DNA of 35,561 nucleotides from a virus (Duplodnaviria; Caudoviricetes): IMG/VR virus record IMGVR_UViG_3300022218_000009, positions 1 to 35,561 of that record; one strand, 5' to 3'. Shown piece by piece: positions 35,440 to 35,561 of this stretch (position 1 is its first letter; each line of letters starts with the position of its first letter). The notes under the pieces were generated by a model. It saw only the letters and a program-made list of their open reading frames with translations, ran no database searches and was not told where the DNA came from. The position numbers and the translations under genes were made by a program.

Positions 35440-35561
35440 CTTAATGCAAATTCCAATACTTCAAGGTATTTATACCGATACTGCTCCTGATATTAGAACA
35501 TCATACCCTAAAAACTTAATAGCTATTCCTAAACAAAGTGGAATATCTGCTGGTTATTTAA
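35398..35561. repeat. Terminal direct repeat (copy 2)
   Basis: Matches 1-164 with one mismatch. Confidence 0.95.

Noticed and set aside
1-35561. Stop-codon reassignment, tRNA genes, introns/inteins
   Set aside because: Core genes are full length in the standard code, and no cloverleaf or splicing motifs were seen by eye

Overview
The window is an apparently complete, circularly permuted dsDNA phage genome. The unit is about 35,397 bp, with bases 1-164 repeated at 35398-35561 (one mismatch); it is AT-rich, roughly 30% GC by eye (not computed). The + strand carries a P22-like podovirus morphogenesis module: terS, terL, portal, scaffold, coat, gp4- and gp10-like tail factors, three ejection proteins and a tailspike-like protein, followed by a lysis cassette. 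A leftward arm encodes a family B DNA polymerase, a T7 gp2.5-like SSB, a 5'-3' exonuclease, an SF2 helicase, a VRR-NUC nuclease, a dATP/dGTP diphosphohydrolase-like protein, a DNA MTase and a pentapeptide-repeat protein. A short rightward arm encodes MazG, an HTH protein, a primase-helicase and a second MTase, followed by an iteron-rich putative origin. No integrase, tRNA or CRISPR array is visible. Promoter style suggests a Campylobacterota-like host (inference). The most notable items are: a cupin-SET methyltransferase fusion in the slot just before the ejection genes, where P22/T7 have a GNAT-like protein; a 744-aa effector-like protein inserted between portal and scaffold; a soluble paralog of the holin-like protein's C-terminal domain; two acidic proteins sharing an Arg/Ser C-terminal tail; an 11-bp-period operator/promoter box; a probable pseudoknot before the scaffold gene; and several small membrane peptides missed by the ORF track. 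All family assignments come from motif recognition by eye, not from database searches.
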